From NCBI GenBank assembly GCA_964234715.1, contig OZ174282.1: a stretch of 64,000 bases of DNA; one strand, written 5' to 3'. Positions 1 through 25,700 of the stretch are shown one piece after another (within the stretch, counting starts at the first letter, position 1; each line of letters begins with the position of its first letter). The notes under the pieces were generated by a model. The model ran no database searches. It had not been told where the DNA came from and saw only the letters and a program-made list of their open reading frames with translations. A program made the translations under genes and the position numbers. Origin of the DNA: Podarcis melisellensis. Taxonomy: Eukaryota.

Positions 1-269
1 GAAGCCTGCTGTCAATCATGATAGACAGCCTCAGCCGTCATCACTGAAGCTTTTCTTCAGGCAGGTTTATACTTACTGACTTACCAGCCTCCCATCAAGC
101 TCTAAGTGTATTGTGTGGGCATAGAAGGTTGATATTGAGGCACTTCTGGTCATTTCAGCGTTAGGGAAGTAGAGCATTGTGGCAGCGGTGGGGACCTTGT
201 CGTGTAGTATAGAGGCTAGAAAGAATAAGACTGAACCTGTCAACAGTGAGATATGTTTTTGTCCTGCAG

Positions 270-11552
<11,283 letters not shown>

Positions 11553-13411
11553 GGAAAGCAGGGCCAGCCTGAAAAGAAACGCATGGCACATTGTCCATTG
11601 GTCAAGCACCAAGACCTGTTTCTTTGGCTGGGGGCAGCATTGCCGAGAGACCAGCTGAGCCTCACTTTGCCATGGAATCATGGGACACTGTCAGGCTCCC
11701 CTTCCACCAAAGGACCAGCAACAATGTTCAAGGACCATTGTCTGCAGCAAGCAACCTTTCTTCAGTTCTCCCCCTCCAACGAAGGACATGAACTGGGATG
11801 GTTGCTTGGAGCAGAGAAAAGCAGGTGCCACAAACAGCCTCTGTGCCTCCAGTAAACTCATTGACCATCTGACGCACACAGACCCAGCAGTCTGGGAAGG
11901 TAAGGGCAGGCGAGGAGTATCCTTTCCAGGAGACTGCTCTGCTCAAGGGACCAAGGGCTGCCTTATTATGCTCAGTGCCTTCACTCCAGCTTCCCCCCTG
12001 CTTTCCCTTCCCTTCCCCTCCCCTGCCAGCCTGCCTTGCAAATGGGCAAGAGTGAACAGCAGAAGTCCATGCAGAAGAATTTCTGTGAACCTTGAGAACC
12101 CCGTGGACTTATCTAAGGGTTGAAGTGAATAGGTCTGAATAGGAACATGGTGCTAGTTTAAATGGTGCTACTTGAATCCTTAGCTTCTAGCTCTGTTGAC
12201 ATAAGGGGCCCCAGAGGATCCAGGGGGCAGGAGCCCCAAGCAAATCCAACAGGGCCACTCCAGACCATGGCTGTCCTGTGTGCAACATCAACTGCTTTCC
12301 CATTGCCTGCGGAGCAACCTCCTTTACACAATGCCTGTTATTTCTCACCACCAAATGCCTTCCCTGCAGAGGAGGCTTTGTCTTGAGGGCAGCAGTGCAG
12401 GAACTCCCTCCTGGTTGTTTAGGCAGTTTATACTTCAGTCTCACCTGAGTTCCTGCAAAGGAGCAGCTCAGGGCCCCTTTGGGCCCTTTACTTCCTGCTG
12501 CTTTTGCCTTGGAAATGTCACCTATGGTGGGCAACCAGTGGGCTTCCATGCAAGACATCTTAGTGGCTTCGGGGCTCTATCTCCTAGATCAATGTTGGAG
12601 CCGTCAGGGCAGGAGGATATGCAGCCCAACTCACCCCCCCCCCACTTCCAGCACTCCTTTCTTGGCACCTTGTGCTCAGTCGCAAAAAGGCTTATAATCT
12701 GTACCTGTGAGGGTTTTGATTTGGGTGTGTTGTGCCAACTCTCTTGTAGCTGCTGCCTTTGGAACCAAATCAACCTGGCATTTGCCCATGTATTGCCCAC
12801 TGGGCAGAGGTCGTCCTGAACCCCCTGCCCCACGTTGGCAAAGCCTCCCATGTAAAACCTGTGTGTCGCCTTGCCCCCCTCCCCCGCCTCCACTCCACCC
12901 CCACTGCTAGCTGCTTCTGCTGTTTACTCACTTGAATGCTGGCCGTTCCAAAGCATTTGACCGACCAGCTTCTGAAAAAGTGACTCAGCAGAAACAACGC
13001 TGACTAGCTCAGCAAAACTGCTGGCTTTACTGAAAGTCATATTTGCTACATTCAAAGACCAAAATAAGTTTGGGCACCACCTTCTTCCAGGAGTCCAGCA
13101 CAGGAGCTGTCTTCTGCATGATGAGTTGCTTTTTTCTTTCCCTGTCCTTGAGAACCTTTGCAGGGAGTCGCATTTTCACATGAAAGGTGCCCCATATCTA
13201 CCATATAAGTATAGGTCAGACTTATGTGTCCTTCTTGCCCAGTAATGCTGCATACCCCAGCCTTTCCCACCAGTGGTCCTCCAGATGTTTCAGAACAGGG
13301 GCTGATGGGGGCTGTAGTAATTGTAATGGTTTTGTCTGTTTTTATAGTCTTTTCTGTTGTTAAAACCTGACCTGGGACCTTAGGGTTGAACAGTGGGCCA
13401 CAAATCTTATA

Positions 13412-13417
13412 AATAAA
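13412..13417 (+). terminator. Candidate polyadenylation signal for AFG3L1
   Basis: First canonical AATAAA I found after the stop codon (~1.9 kb downstream); no transcript support. Confidence 0.35.
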
Positions 13418-16400
13418 ACAGCTCAGAGCATCTGAAGAGGACCAGGTTGGGGAAGGCCGGCCTGCCCTGACTGTTGCCCCTCTCCAGGGTCTTGAGCAGA
13501 GGTCATATGGATTGTGGACACCTCTGAGACACCTCTTGGCTTGCACTCAGTTCAGTAGGTTTCCCCTTCTCTCTTCTTCAGCTTTTTGCGCACATCCCAT
13601 AAATTTAGCCCTGTATAGAAGGAGAGACAGTGTGCTGCTGAAGTGTGTGCAAGCATAACCTAATTTAAAAATGAAACGCTAAAGCCAGCCCCCAAAAGAC
13701 AACCAGGTTTCTAAAAAGGAAAACGTATATCTTTTGTAAACAAAGGCAGATGTGCAAACCTTGGTAAGCAGATCTGCAGGGAGGGCAACAAGGAGCAATA
13801 GATAAAGTACCAAGAACATTACAGATAGCAGTGGTGTGATGTGTAAGTGTGGACACTACTGAATATATATCTCAGGTAAAATGGGAAGTATATGGAGGCT
13901 GAAGGAGGCGGGCAGGATTAGCAGATTGTGACAAAGCCACTGATGAGGGGGAACAAATCAGGTTGGGCACAAGTCACCCCCAGTTGAGCCTCAGTGTTAT
14001 CAGTAGGGAGCAAGAAAACACAGTTTGCAAAAAGCAGATTTTGTGGGTTTTCCAGCTGCTGGCTGGAAACCTACAGCATGCCCTACTACCTCACTTCCAA
14101 TGTGCTGTGGATTCTGACTTCAGCAGCCTTTCCTCCCATGCAAGGACTAGGGAAGGAATCTATTGGACTTGGGAATGCAAGTGTATTTATTTGATAAACA
14201 GCCTGTTTTCTTCTGCATGTGGGTTTGTTTGTTTCCTTGCTTCATAAGAACAAAGCAAAACAACAGAAAAAGCAATGATTTTGCTTTAATGGTTCAGACT
14301 ACATTGCCAGGACAGGACACACCCTGTGATCTATTGCTGGGTCTGTTCCACAGCTTTAGAGGCCACTGCTGTCTGACCCAGGGGTTGGAGGGGGGCAGCA
14401 ATAAACCATAACTGGGCACATTCAAACTTCAAACCCCAAGTGCAGAAACCTGGATTATACACATCTGTTGGGTGAATGACAAGACAGTGGTGTGCAGGGC
14501 ATCTTCAAGGTAAGACCTGGGTCTGCACGGTTGATTGGGCAGTTTTCCTGCTCATGGCACCAGCAAGTGGATTGTGTGACAGAGTCAACGCTGCGGCCCA
14601 GCCCCAAGAACAGCAAAGGACACGTTGGGTCATCGTTAGGTGATATCCAGCACACTTCTGATTGGCTCCTGTAAAAGCTGTAGTTCTGCCACACTGCCTC
14701 AGCCAGAGCAACTGAGACTTTGTTTTGCCAGCTCTTACACCTTGCCCAATGAGAGGCCAAGAGCTGGGCAAGAAGTATCTGGAAGTGCCACCTCCTGCCT
14801 TCCTGACCCCTGTTCATTGTGTGCCTGCAGAAAAGTTCTGCTTGGTCCTCTGTGCCCAGGTAAATACTGTTGCGTGTGCTGAGTACTTCAGAGGGAGCAA
14901 AGGAGCCCCCAGCTGAACAACTGGCTGGACCTGTTGGCATGAGGAAGGAGGGAGCGAGAGAACGGTATGGATCATTCTAGCTGCTGCTCCTAGAAAATTT
15001 GGTTCTGTGGCTTTAAGAAACCCTGATTGCTGTGAAGGACAGCCTCCAGCAGCTCTTGAGCGGAGACCCCAGGGGTGATCTGTCAGGGTTATTGAGGCCA
15101 ACTGTGCACAATGCAAGTCCACAGGAATTGTGCTTTGCCAAGAGTGAGCAACCCAGAGGTGAGTCTCCAAGCATGAGGGGGCTGGACTTGATGGAAACAT
15201 GAACTTGCCACCTGGAAGAGCTTCATGGCCTTTGCCTTCAAGTGGCCTTGATGCTGTCGCTGTGCCAAGTGAGAAAAATGCAGCGCACCAGGGAAGTGGC
15301 TTTGGCTCCCCGGCTCCCCTTGCCTCTGGGCCTCTGTAATTGTGCTGATCTGGTGGTATCCCTGCTGCAGCTTCCTGCCTCCACTTTGGCCAACAAAGCT
15401 GACTGTTCCTCAGATCATAGCAAGGATGAAACCAGCCTCACGTCCTCCAGAAGTGGCTGCTTTTCAGTGTTGTCCCTCTTCTGCCACAAGCCCCAGTTAG
15501 ATCCAGCTTAAATTGGCACAGGGACTCAGGGTTCCAGGGTTGGCTTCTGGTTCCTGTGTTATAAACAACAAACTGGGTTTCGTGAACTGGAAGGGTGTGG
15601 ATGCACTTGAGAGCATCCCTGCAAACAGCTGAATTTGGCTGTGGAAGCAAAGGATCAATTTGGGAAGCAGGCAGCTGTTGTTCTCCCTGAGCCCCCTCTC
15701 GGCACATGCACACACACACACACATTCCCTGGTGGCTCATGTGTCATCTGGGCATCATGATACACCAGCATTTCCACTTCAGCTGGCTGCGAGATCAGCT
15801 TGTGCTGCAATCAGCAGATGCTTATCTGTTAAGCCGTGAAACTCTGGACAGGCCTCAGAGTCCTCGTCATCTATGCTCTGCGCTCCACAATGGGGCTTGA
15901 AAGTTTATCTCCTCTGGCGTGGCAGGCAAAGTGGAGAGGGCTGAGGGCTGTGCATTTTTGAATTCCCAAAGAGGAGGAAGGAACGCATCTGCAGCTCCAT
16001 TTGTCTTGACACAAATCCCTCTTGCCTTAAGATGCCAGCATTTTGCTGCAGAGGATGGAGGCTGCTGCTTGCTACAGACTCATCCCAGGAATGCAGGAGA
16101 AGATTTTGTTGCCCTCTGATCTGTTTGGCAAGGAAACCGGCTTTAAACTAAGGCCCAGACCACCTCTCTTGGTGGCTGTAAAGAAATGCAGCATTCCCTT
16201 CGCCCATGGCTACTGCGGTGTCTCAGGCTGTGGAGCCGTTCCCCCCCCCCCCGCCCCCAGAAAGATGCAGTCACCCAGAACAGGGCTGTGCAGTTACTCT
16301 GTAGGCTTTGGGGCTTGTGCAGTGCCCCCATCTCCATTGGAGGTCCGGAGAGTCAGTGTGGTTGATGGATCAGAGGGCTGGGCTGAGCTCTGGCCTGTGG

Positions 16401-17841
16401 TCCCACCTAACTGAATGGCCTCAGCTGCAAGTCGCCACCTCTCAGCCTCCGGTTCAATGTCACTGACAGGCATGTTTCGATAGCAAACCCAGTAAGGACT
16501 GCGGCACATTTGCAAAGTGAATGGAGCAACATGATTTGAATGGTGTCAGGCTGGGAGAGAGAAGCTGCTGTTCCTGCCCCATCCTGGCTTTCCCATCCTG
16601 AGAAGGAGAGGAGAGGGGGAGAGAGGGGATGCAACCCTCTGGGTCTAGCTAACTGGGTGCCAACAGCAGGTGCCCAGTCTGCCAAGCGGCAACACCAAGT
16701 GGCTGACCAGCCATGGTGAGGAAGGTAAGGTAAACTGGACAGTGGGCCCCCAAAGTTTCTGAGGCCCCCAAACCTCAATAGGGTACAAGAGGGTGTGTAA
16801 GCCTTGGAAGGAGCCTGTGCTGAAGGGGACCCCAGAGACTGAACTAACTCCCTGTCCCTGCTACAAGGGCATTCAGGCACCAGAGGGCCACCACTAGGGA
16901 AAACACAAGCTGGGTCCAGCACTTGGCTGAGAGCTTCTGGTTTAATGCACAACGGGGCAAGAAGCAGTCTCAGCAGCGTGCCTCTTTCCACTGGCACAAA
17001 GAGGCCTCCCCAGTTCACAAGGGGACGTACTTAGCTGCTCAATTCGGCCCTGCTCCTTCCTGGCTTCAAAGCAGTTGTGAGAATGCACAGAGTTGCAGGA
17101 GGAGAAGCGTGCAGCTGCCCTGATGCTGAGCCAGGCCAAGCCTGTGGATGCTGTGTGCTAAGAAGACCAAAACCCCAAAGCAGCAGCTGGGAGTTAAGGC
17201 CACCGGGAAGAAAATGTGCTTTCGGAAGTGAGGGCTGGTTCCACCCTTTCCCAGCAGGTTCTCCTGGCAGCTGGACTTTTGGCTTCATCACATATCCTGG
17301 AAGTGTTGTAGAAATGGTTCTGAGTTCCCCCAGGTTCCTTTGGTATAACAAGGTTCCTTTCCCTGGCTGAGACGCTGCCTCCCATCACCCCAGCATTGCT
17401 CAAGGCACGTGGCTGAAGAAGGGGGACTTTTTCTCTATTGCTGTGTGCTTCAAGCCGCTCTCCCTTTCCCGTTTCTACTCGTCCCCAGCAAGGTAGCCTC
17501 TTGTTGGTGTGTCCATCGCCACTGGCTTTGTTGAGAAGGTAGCAGCAAAAGGTTCAAAAGTGCCTAAGGGAAACAGGGCTGCAGCCGTCTCCCCTAGACG
17601 TGGCATCTGCTGCTTGGTGTTGATGGCAATGCAGAGAAGGTCCTGATGGGCAAATGTAACTCATGGCCGGGGGCTAAGCGAGATGATTTTTACACAACCA
17701 GCAAGACTGGCAAATGTCTTGACCTGGGAGGGAGGGAGGGAGGCAGAGGAGGAGGCAGAATGAATGTCTCTTAAGGTCACAAATTGCTTGGAATTTGTGG
17801 TTAGTGCAAGAGTGAGTGTTGGCACCTTGGTCTGGCTCTGG

Positions 17842-20800
17842 TTATTCTTCTTTCGGCTTCTCCACAGTAAGGAAAGTGTCTGCTTTGCTGGCCTGGAGCT
17901 CTGAGTCGCTGAGGTGCTTCTTCTCCCGGCCCTGTTCACCTTTTGACCTCGTCCAGGATGGGGAGCGCAGGTAGCCGGCCCGGGGGTTAGGGTGGGGGTG
18001 GGGGTGCAGACCTATGCCGAGAGAAAGAAAGGCAGGTCGGGACCTGACCAGCACACCTGGTTGCTTCCTCACACCGACAGACCTTTCGTTAGGACTGCCG
18101 TTTGTCCGGAATTTCCCAGACATATCTGGGGATTTGTCCGCCAAAAATAGTGTCCAGGCAGAATTTTCAGAAATCGTTTAGAATGTTTGGGAAAATCCAG
18201 GTATATGACAGCCTACATTGGAAGTGTTGGGGGTTTTTTTTGGCAAATTTCCTGTTTTAAAAAGCTCAAAACTTTCCTTCTTTCTCTCTCTCTCTTTCTT
18301 TCTTTCTTGGAGATTTTGCAAAAATCAGGGCTCAGCCACACTTTCGTCTACCCGTATTTTGATTGCATCGTGTACCAACTAATTCCCCCAGGTCTAAGAG
18401 TTTCCCCATTGTTCTGTGGCTGTGCCTTGAGAAAAATCCATTGTACCCGTTGACTCAGAAGCTCGGTAAGCAACATCTCTCTTCGGATTTTCCATGCATC
18501 TGAGGAGATCCAGTTCAGTGGGTAAGAACTGGTTTTCGCAAGGCACAGCTGCAGAACAATGAGAAAACCTCTCGGACCCTGGGGAATTACCGTATTTTTC
18601 CATATATAACACGCCCCCTATTTTGGGGGACTTCAAATTAAGAAAATGGAAAATGGCAGCCAATCGCCAGCAGCCCTTCTCACAGCCACCAATCACCAGC
18701 ACTATTGCCACTGAGAATCTCCTGCTCGCAGCTGTGACCAATCGCCCAACCCCACTCTGCACTACCCAAGTATAAGACGAGGGATAATTTTAAAGCTAAT
18801 GTTTAAATTAAAGACCCTCATCTTATAGATGGAAAAGTACAGTAATCAGGGCAGAATGCAATCAAAATACAAGTCAAGTTTGGACGAGCCCTTAATTTAT
18901 TACCCATCTTTCCACATACTGGGTGTCAAAGGCAGCTATCTGAAGCAATGTACAATAAAAACAAAACAAATATCCAAAGCAGATAAAACAGCAGCAGAGC
19001 AGAAGAGAAGCAGATTAAAACAACTTAAAATTCTCAGTGAGAAACACAAAGTCCTCCCACTCCGGCGAGGGGCAGCTAGTCATGCGCCACGCCAGCTCCC
19101 AGCTGTGTCCACATCAAAGGACACATCCAGCTAGTTCCGTGGGGCCTTGATGCGCAGCTCACGTGGGTCTCCCTTGCTGTACTTGTGGCCTGTGCAGCCA
19201 ATACATTTTGCAAGGCCTGCTCAAAATCAAATAGGCTCCCTTTCCAGATGCAGCCTCCCAGTGAAAGAGGGAGGACTTTGAGCCCCGCATTTTCTGTGGA
19301 GAAGTAGAACAGAGGTGTGGGATCCACTGGGTGTTTTTGGCAGATCCCCTGAGAGTCTGCTCGCCTCATTCTGTGTGATCCATGCGCATGATGGCCAATA
19401 ATAACAAATCAAAAAGCCGACCTGCAGCCTGGATTTCCCTCCCTGCCTCTTCTTGTCTGCTGAGAGTGCAGGGAACTCTCCTCATTAATTCCACTCACAC
19501 TTTCCCACCAAGGAGGCTGATCTGCATTTCCACTCCATCTGTGTCACTGGGATGCAGCTGCTGCTTCCGCAGACACCATCGCAGACACCCTCTTCATACC
19601 CCTCTCAGCACAGCTGCTCATCGTGCCATTGCTCTGGGAGGGGCAGGAGAAGAGGGCCTGGAATCCTGGGATGGGGGAGCCCTCCCTCCTCCCTACACAC
19701 ACAGCACACAAGCCCTCCCTAGAGCAATAGCTTGCGCATCATCCTCAAGCAGATAATGAGGACATCATCACTCAGAGGAGAACCAGCTTGCCCCAGGGAG
19801 AAGCTTGATATTTTCCACAATCAAAGAGAACATCCTCTAAGCCAAAGTGTCTCCTTTTCTGAGACACCTGTCAAATGCTATCTGTTTTCTGAGACTCTTG
19901 GCACAGCTGGGCTGCTTAATGAGGCGCGCACACACCCCTACCGGCATGCTTGATTAAGCAGATTTCACACTGTCACTCCATGCTTGGGTTCCTTATCATC
20001 ACAGGTGGGGTCGATTGGCTCAGGTGACCTTTCTGCCGCAGCAGCTCTGCCTGGGGTGATGTGCAAGCCCCACAAGGCAGTTGCCAGGCACTCTTCCCCC
20101 TGCCACTGCCCTAGTCTTTGTGCCCTAGATCTTGCCTAGCTGATTAAAAGCATCTTACTCTGTTTGCAATCCTGTTCCCACTTAACTGGCAGTAAGCACC
20201 ATAGAACTCGGTGGGACTTACCTCTGGCTAGAGATGGATAGGATTACGCTGCAAGAATTGGGCCTCATAGACTCACTCTTGTGCACTGAACATCAACAGT
20301 TTTTTTTAAACTAATTTTGAGAATTAGATGCATGACGAAAAAGAAAAAGGAAATTAGGGCACCCGAGTACAGAAACATATTTTGCGGAGCCATAAGGCAC
20401 CATACAGAGTTGCCATTTTGCAATTGAGTATGCTTCAGGTTGGAAGGCAACAGATCTCAGGGCATACATCTGATGCTTAGGCCCTTTGTGGCATCATGTC
20501 TGAACTGCTTCTTGTTAAACTTAAAGCCTGGGGAGGGGAACAACAGACCAGAATTATACTGAAATCAATAAAATCCTACTGAATGGGGTAACAACATTAA
20601 TCCCAACCAGCAGGAACTATGGTATAAAAAGGAAAGCATTCTAAGAAGCTGCAGAAACGGCAACTTTGTTTGTGGTTAGAACATTTTCTAGGATCAGAAC
20701 TGGAGAGCAGAGTCGCCTCTCCAGATAAGCTTCTCCTAAGTAATCTCACACTTGCAAGTGAGATTCCTAGAGGGTGGGATGGGTGGAAAGGTGTCAGCTG

Positions 20801-22726
20801 GAACCCCCCCCCCCCCGATAAGGCACTTGCTTAGCTGCTTTGTAAAGCCAATTTATGTGACATTGCCTCTCCCCACATGCCGAGCAGGATGAGTGCCACA
20901 TTGATCATTAGATCTGCAGCCGTTGGCTCGACCCAGCAGTCTCATCTTGCGCTCTTTTGTCAAGGATGATAGGAGTTGTAGTCCAGCAACATTTCAAGCG
21001 CCACAGCTTGCTGATCCCTCTTTTGAATTTCTCCCCCAACCTATCTTAGGTCTATGCAGATGTATGCAGTTGGAATTGACTAATTAGTTCCTCCATTTTA
21101 AAGCTTGCATAATTAATTGGTTTAAGATTCAATCGAGAGACCACGCTTACCAGCAGGGGATTCATTGCCTGTGTTCTCATCGTCGGAGTCAGCAAAGACC
21201 TCTGCCAGCTCCTGGTCAGACATGTCTGTAAGCTCAGTTAGGTCCAGAAGGTCAAAGTGCACCTCCAGGGAGGAGACGCTGCTCAAAGGTTCTGTGGAGA
21301 CAAGATGTCAGTGAGAACCATGACCAGTTAGGCAGTGTGGGAACAGATGAGAAGGCCCTCTGATAGGGTCAGTTGTCCTGGACTCGGACATGCCCTCCCC
21401 ACATTGCAGATGGTCTGCAGACTGAGGCATGAGAGGGAACACTGGTGAGTTAATGGCCGAGGCAAGATTTGAGCCAGGGACTTTCCTGCAGTGGCGTAAC
21501 ATGGGGGGTGCAGGGGGGGCCGGCCGCACCGGGTGCAACATCTGGGGGTTAGGGTAAGGGGGCGCAAATCCACGGGGTGCAAATCCACGGGTTAGGGGGC
21601 GCAGATTACTTGCCTTGCCCCGGGTGCTGACAACCCACACTACGCCACTGCTTTCCTGATTCTGTAGCTCAGCCTTTTAGCCTCTGCACTTTAAATGAAT
21701 GCAAAGTATTTGTGGTAAGCTCCCAGGATGGGCCTTCCTGCAGCTCCCAGGAGATGCAGCTGTAAGGGAGTCCAGGGTCTCAGGGGGAGTTGCTGAGCTG
21801 GGCTAGGGGCCCAGAAAGCTCTTTGCCTTCTCCTACAGCCAGCAGAGAGCCAACTCCTTCCTTCCAGGTTTTACTTACGCCTGCGCTCCGCAACCTGCAG
21901 CAGCCCAGAAGTGGGGATTGGGATCCCTCCTTCTTCCTCAGCAGGGGGGCTGTGGGGCTCTTCCACCAGTCCATGTATGGGTACAATAATGGGGGCCAGC
22001 CGCTCTGGCGTTTGGGCCCCTTTAATCAGCTCTGAAACGACAAAGGGTTGCATCTGCTTTCAGGAGAGCAGAGGGAGAATCACTACGCAGGCCTGATCAG
22101 ACCCACCCAGCATCAGCATCCCTTTTCAGTTCAGGTGGATACAGTCAGGCTTGGTGGCCAACAGGTAGGAGAGGCCTGTTTCCCATAAAAGCCTCCCCCC
22201 AATTGGCATGAAGGAAGCTAAGTGGGACTGCCCTTTGTTTTTGCAGTGAATTCTGGGAACAGACCCCTAAACTGACCACCAGCCTGGATGGCTACTAGCC
22301 ACGATGGTTCTGCCTCCACAGTCTGAGGCAATAATGCTTCTGAAGACCACTTGCTGGGAACCACAGAAAGGGAGAGTGCTATTGTACTCAGGTTGTGCTT
22401 GCGGGTTTCCCATAGGCACCTCATTGGCCACTGTGAGAACAGGATGCTGGACAGGCTTTTCTAATGCTTCTCTGTCCTTAAACTCCAGCTCTTTATCCAG
22501 GCCACTCTTGCAACTTATTCATGGCAGATGAGAAACCAAGGAACAACTTCCACCCCCTGCTTCTACCAAAGCTCAGGTGTTGGGTCACCGTTCAGCTAAG
22601 CCACAGCATTCCTCTTTTCTTTGGCTCTCCATTTTTGCATTTCTTCACCCTCCTGTGCTGAATTCGGCTGCAAGGGTTAATCCAGCCTGCCACGTCAACC
22701 GTGTCTAGCTGCAACTTGGCTGTCTC

Positions 22727-22775
<49 letters not shown>

Positions 22776-25700
22776 ATCCCCTCCTTGCATCTAGCACAGA
22801 CTGGCACCATGTCAAAAGCGTCTCCCACGGTTCTTCCACTTAAACTTCAGCTTAAGATATTTGCTGTTGCTCTTCCTGCAGGTTCCTCCTGCAGCATCAC
22901 TCCTTAATAGCTTTCTGTTCGACTCCAAGCCCTTAACCAAGCCTCTGCCAACCAAAGGCCTTCCAGATTCATTGGTGGTAAGTCTGTCAGTGGCTACTAG
23001 CCACAATGCCTCCACAGTCAGAGGCAACCTGCTTCTGAACAGCAGTTGTTGGGAATCAAAGTGAGGAGGGGGCTCTTGGGCTCAGCTCCTGCTTGAGGGT
23101 TCCCCACTGGCATCTGGGTAGCTACTATGAGAAAAGGACGCCTGGCTGTACATCCATACATATAAAATTTCATATGGAAATCTGTGCCCTCTTTTTTACG
23201 TAATAGGAATGCCAACCTGCAATACCCCTGTGGTCTTTGTCCTCTCATCTTCCCTTCCCATTTCCCTCTTTACGTGGTTCCCGTTCAGGCCAAGCCAAGC
23301 CACACAGATGCACTTCTGCGGGCTCATGGTCTTAGAATCATATAATTGTAGAGTTGGAAGGGACCCGGAGGATCATCTAAGTCCCACCCCCTGCAATGCA
23401 AGAATAGGCAGCTGTCCTATACTAAGGTTACCAGATTTTAAAAATGAATCCGGGGACACTTATTGTTTGCTATGTACATGTGAATGCTGAGAAAGCTGTA
23501 AATCTGGGGAATGTCCCCAGGAAACGGGGACATCTCGTAACCTTATCCTATACAGGGATCGAACCTGCAGCCTTGGCATTATCAGCACCACGCTCTAACC
23601 AACTGAGATATCCAGGCTTCAAAGCATCATTGTGCAGCTTTCTTCTAGGATGGGCACCCCAAACTGAAAAAGGGGGTAAATGAGCAAAGCTGCACAATCT
23701 GCCGCAAGAGGCTCTTTGCAGCTGTGAGGCTATTAACAAAGGGGCTGTGTTTGCAAAGGCAGACACCTGATACACCCCTCCCTAGCCCTTGTTTCCTTCC
23801 TTCTCCTTGCCCTTTCTTCTGTTTGCTCAGCCTTGGATGAAGAGCTCATCCAGGAAAGGGGGATGAGTATTAAGCACCCCCTGCCTCATAACTCTAAAAG
23901 GACTCCTAGAGCTACCCAGAGAGGTGTGGGACAAAACAGGAAGCGCAGCAGCTGGCTTTGCCTGAAGAGTGGCAAAGGAAGAAAGGTTGGCACTTTCTCC
24001 CAGGGCAATTTACAGATGGGTACCAAGAACCTGGGGCTCCTGCTAAGGAACCAGCTGCTGCTGGGAGTTGCAATGACAAAAGACTGGTCTGTTTGAGAGC
24101 AGGCCGGCAGGCAGACCCAGAACAAAGGCTGGTCTGTCAGGAGGAAGGAAGATGCCACCAGAGCCACTGTCCTGACTGTGAGCCATGGGCTATGTGTGCT
24201 CAGATGTCTCCCCACTGACCCCCTACTCCATGGCCATCAGTTTTGTACCCAAGGGATGGAAGACATGCCAGCAGCCTTGGCTTCGGTATGTGCAGGTAAT
24301 CCCAGCAATGCAATTGCACAAGTCTAGAACAGTCACACAATGAGAGACTCTGAGTCAGCAGCTTTCCCCAACCTGATTCCCTCCAGCTGTTTTGGTGTAT
24401 GATTCCCATCAGCAGCACTGGCTGGGGATGATGAGAATTGTGGTCCAAAACAGCTGGAGGGCACCAGGTTGGGGAAGGCTCCTGTAGTAAATCCTCTTCT
24501 TTGGTGTTCCCTGTAGGTCATAGCTCAGGTCTCCCCAGATGTTCTGATGAGACGTTCACTTTGCCCAGTGTTGGCAGCTAAGTCAGGGGCCTGTTGTGGT
24601 ACTCATGACCCTCTCCAGGTGCTAGGACTTTGCATGTGTGCCCCCTCTCCCTCTTTACATCATGGCTGGTGCCAGAAAGGCTGTGTCTGCACAGTCCACT
24701 CATATAAAGGGCTCAGCTAGAGAGACACAGAAAAGCAGAACCTCTGAGCTTGGGAAATCACTCTCCGCCTCATCCATTGTGCCAAGGCCACACACAGGCA
24801 CTGCTCCAGCACCGTGCCAGCTATCAGGCAACTGGCACCCTACAACAGGGGCACATGAGGTTTGTGCCACAAATGATTGGCAGGCTGGGTCCCACCCGCT
24901 CATTAAAGGCAGGATGTTGGTGCTGTTACCCAGAACATAAATGCAAATCCCAGCTAGCTAAGCATGCATGTTGATGTGCTGGGAAGACCCATGGTCAACG
25001 CTGCTCTCGTTTTTCACATCACTCTCCCCCACAAAACTACCCTCGTCCAGCACTTGTGTCCTGAATTTGAGTCCTCCAGCGTACCCTCACATGATTGCAA
25101 GTGTGTGTGTATATGTGCACTTACAGAATTTTGCTGTAGCATCCCTGCACATCACGCTGGAAAAACAAAGTGCTCTTTAATTTCCATGCCTCCTCCTCTC
25201 ATCCACAGATGTGCAGCAGCAGCGCAATGTGCTCAGCAGGAGGAGGGTGGGGGAGTTGGGCATTGATTCCCAATAGAGATGTACTAGCAGCACTGAATGA
25301 AGCGAGGGGCAATATTCCCTAATGGACTGGAGCTAAGGGGAAGGGAGCCCACAGCCCTTGCTTGCTCCAGGGGCAATGAAACTATTAGCATTGAGCAGAG
25401 AGAACAAGAAGTCTCCATTTAGCCAGCTCAAAGCAAGGGCAGTGAAAGGGGGAATTTCAGTGAGAGCAACATCTTCTTTTCCTGAGCTGCTGACAACATT
25501 TGGGGTTTGAGAATGCCTCCCAAACTACGTTGTGAGCAATCAAGCCATGGATCCAAAGCTGCTGCTGCTGCTGCTGCTGCTCCTTCTTTGCCAGTTCTGC
25601 AGTCAGCATGCTCTGATCTATTTGATTGGGATGATGGGGCCCTGGAGAATACATGGACTAGTGTGGGTAACAATCTGGTTGTTTTTTAACCTAAGAGTCA

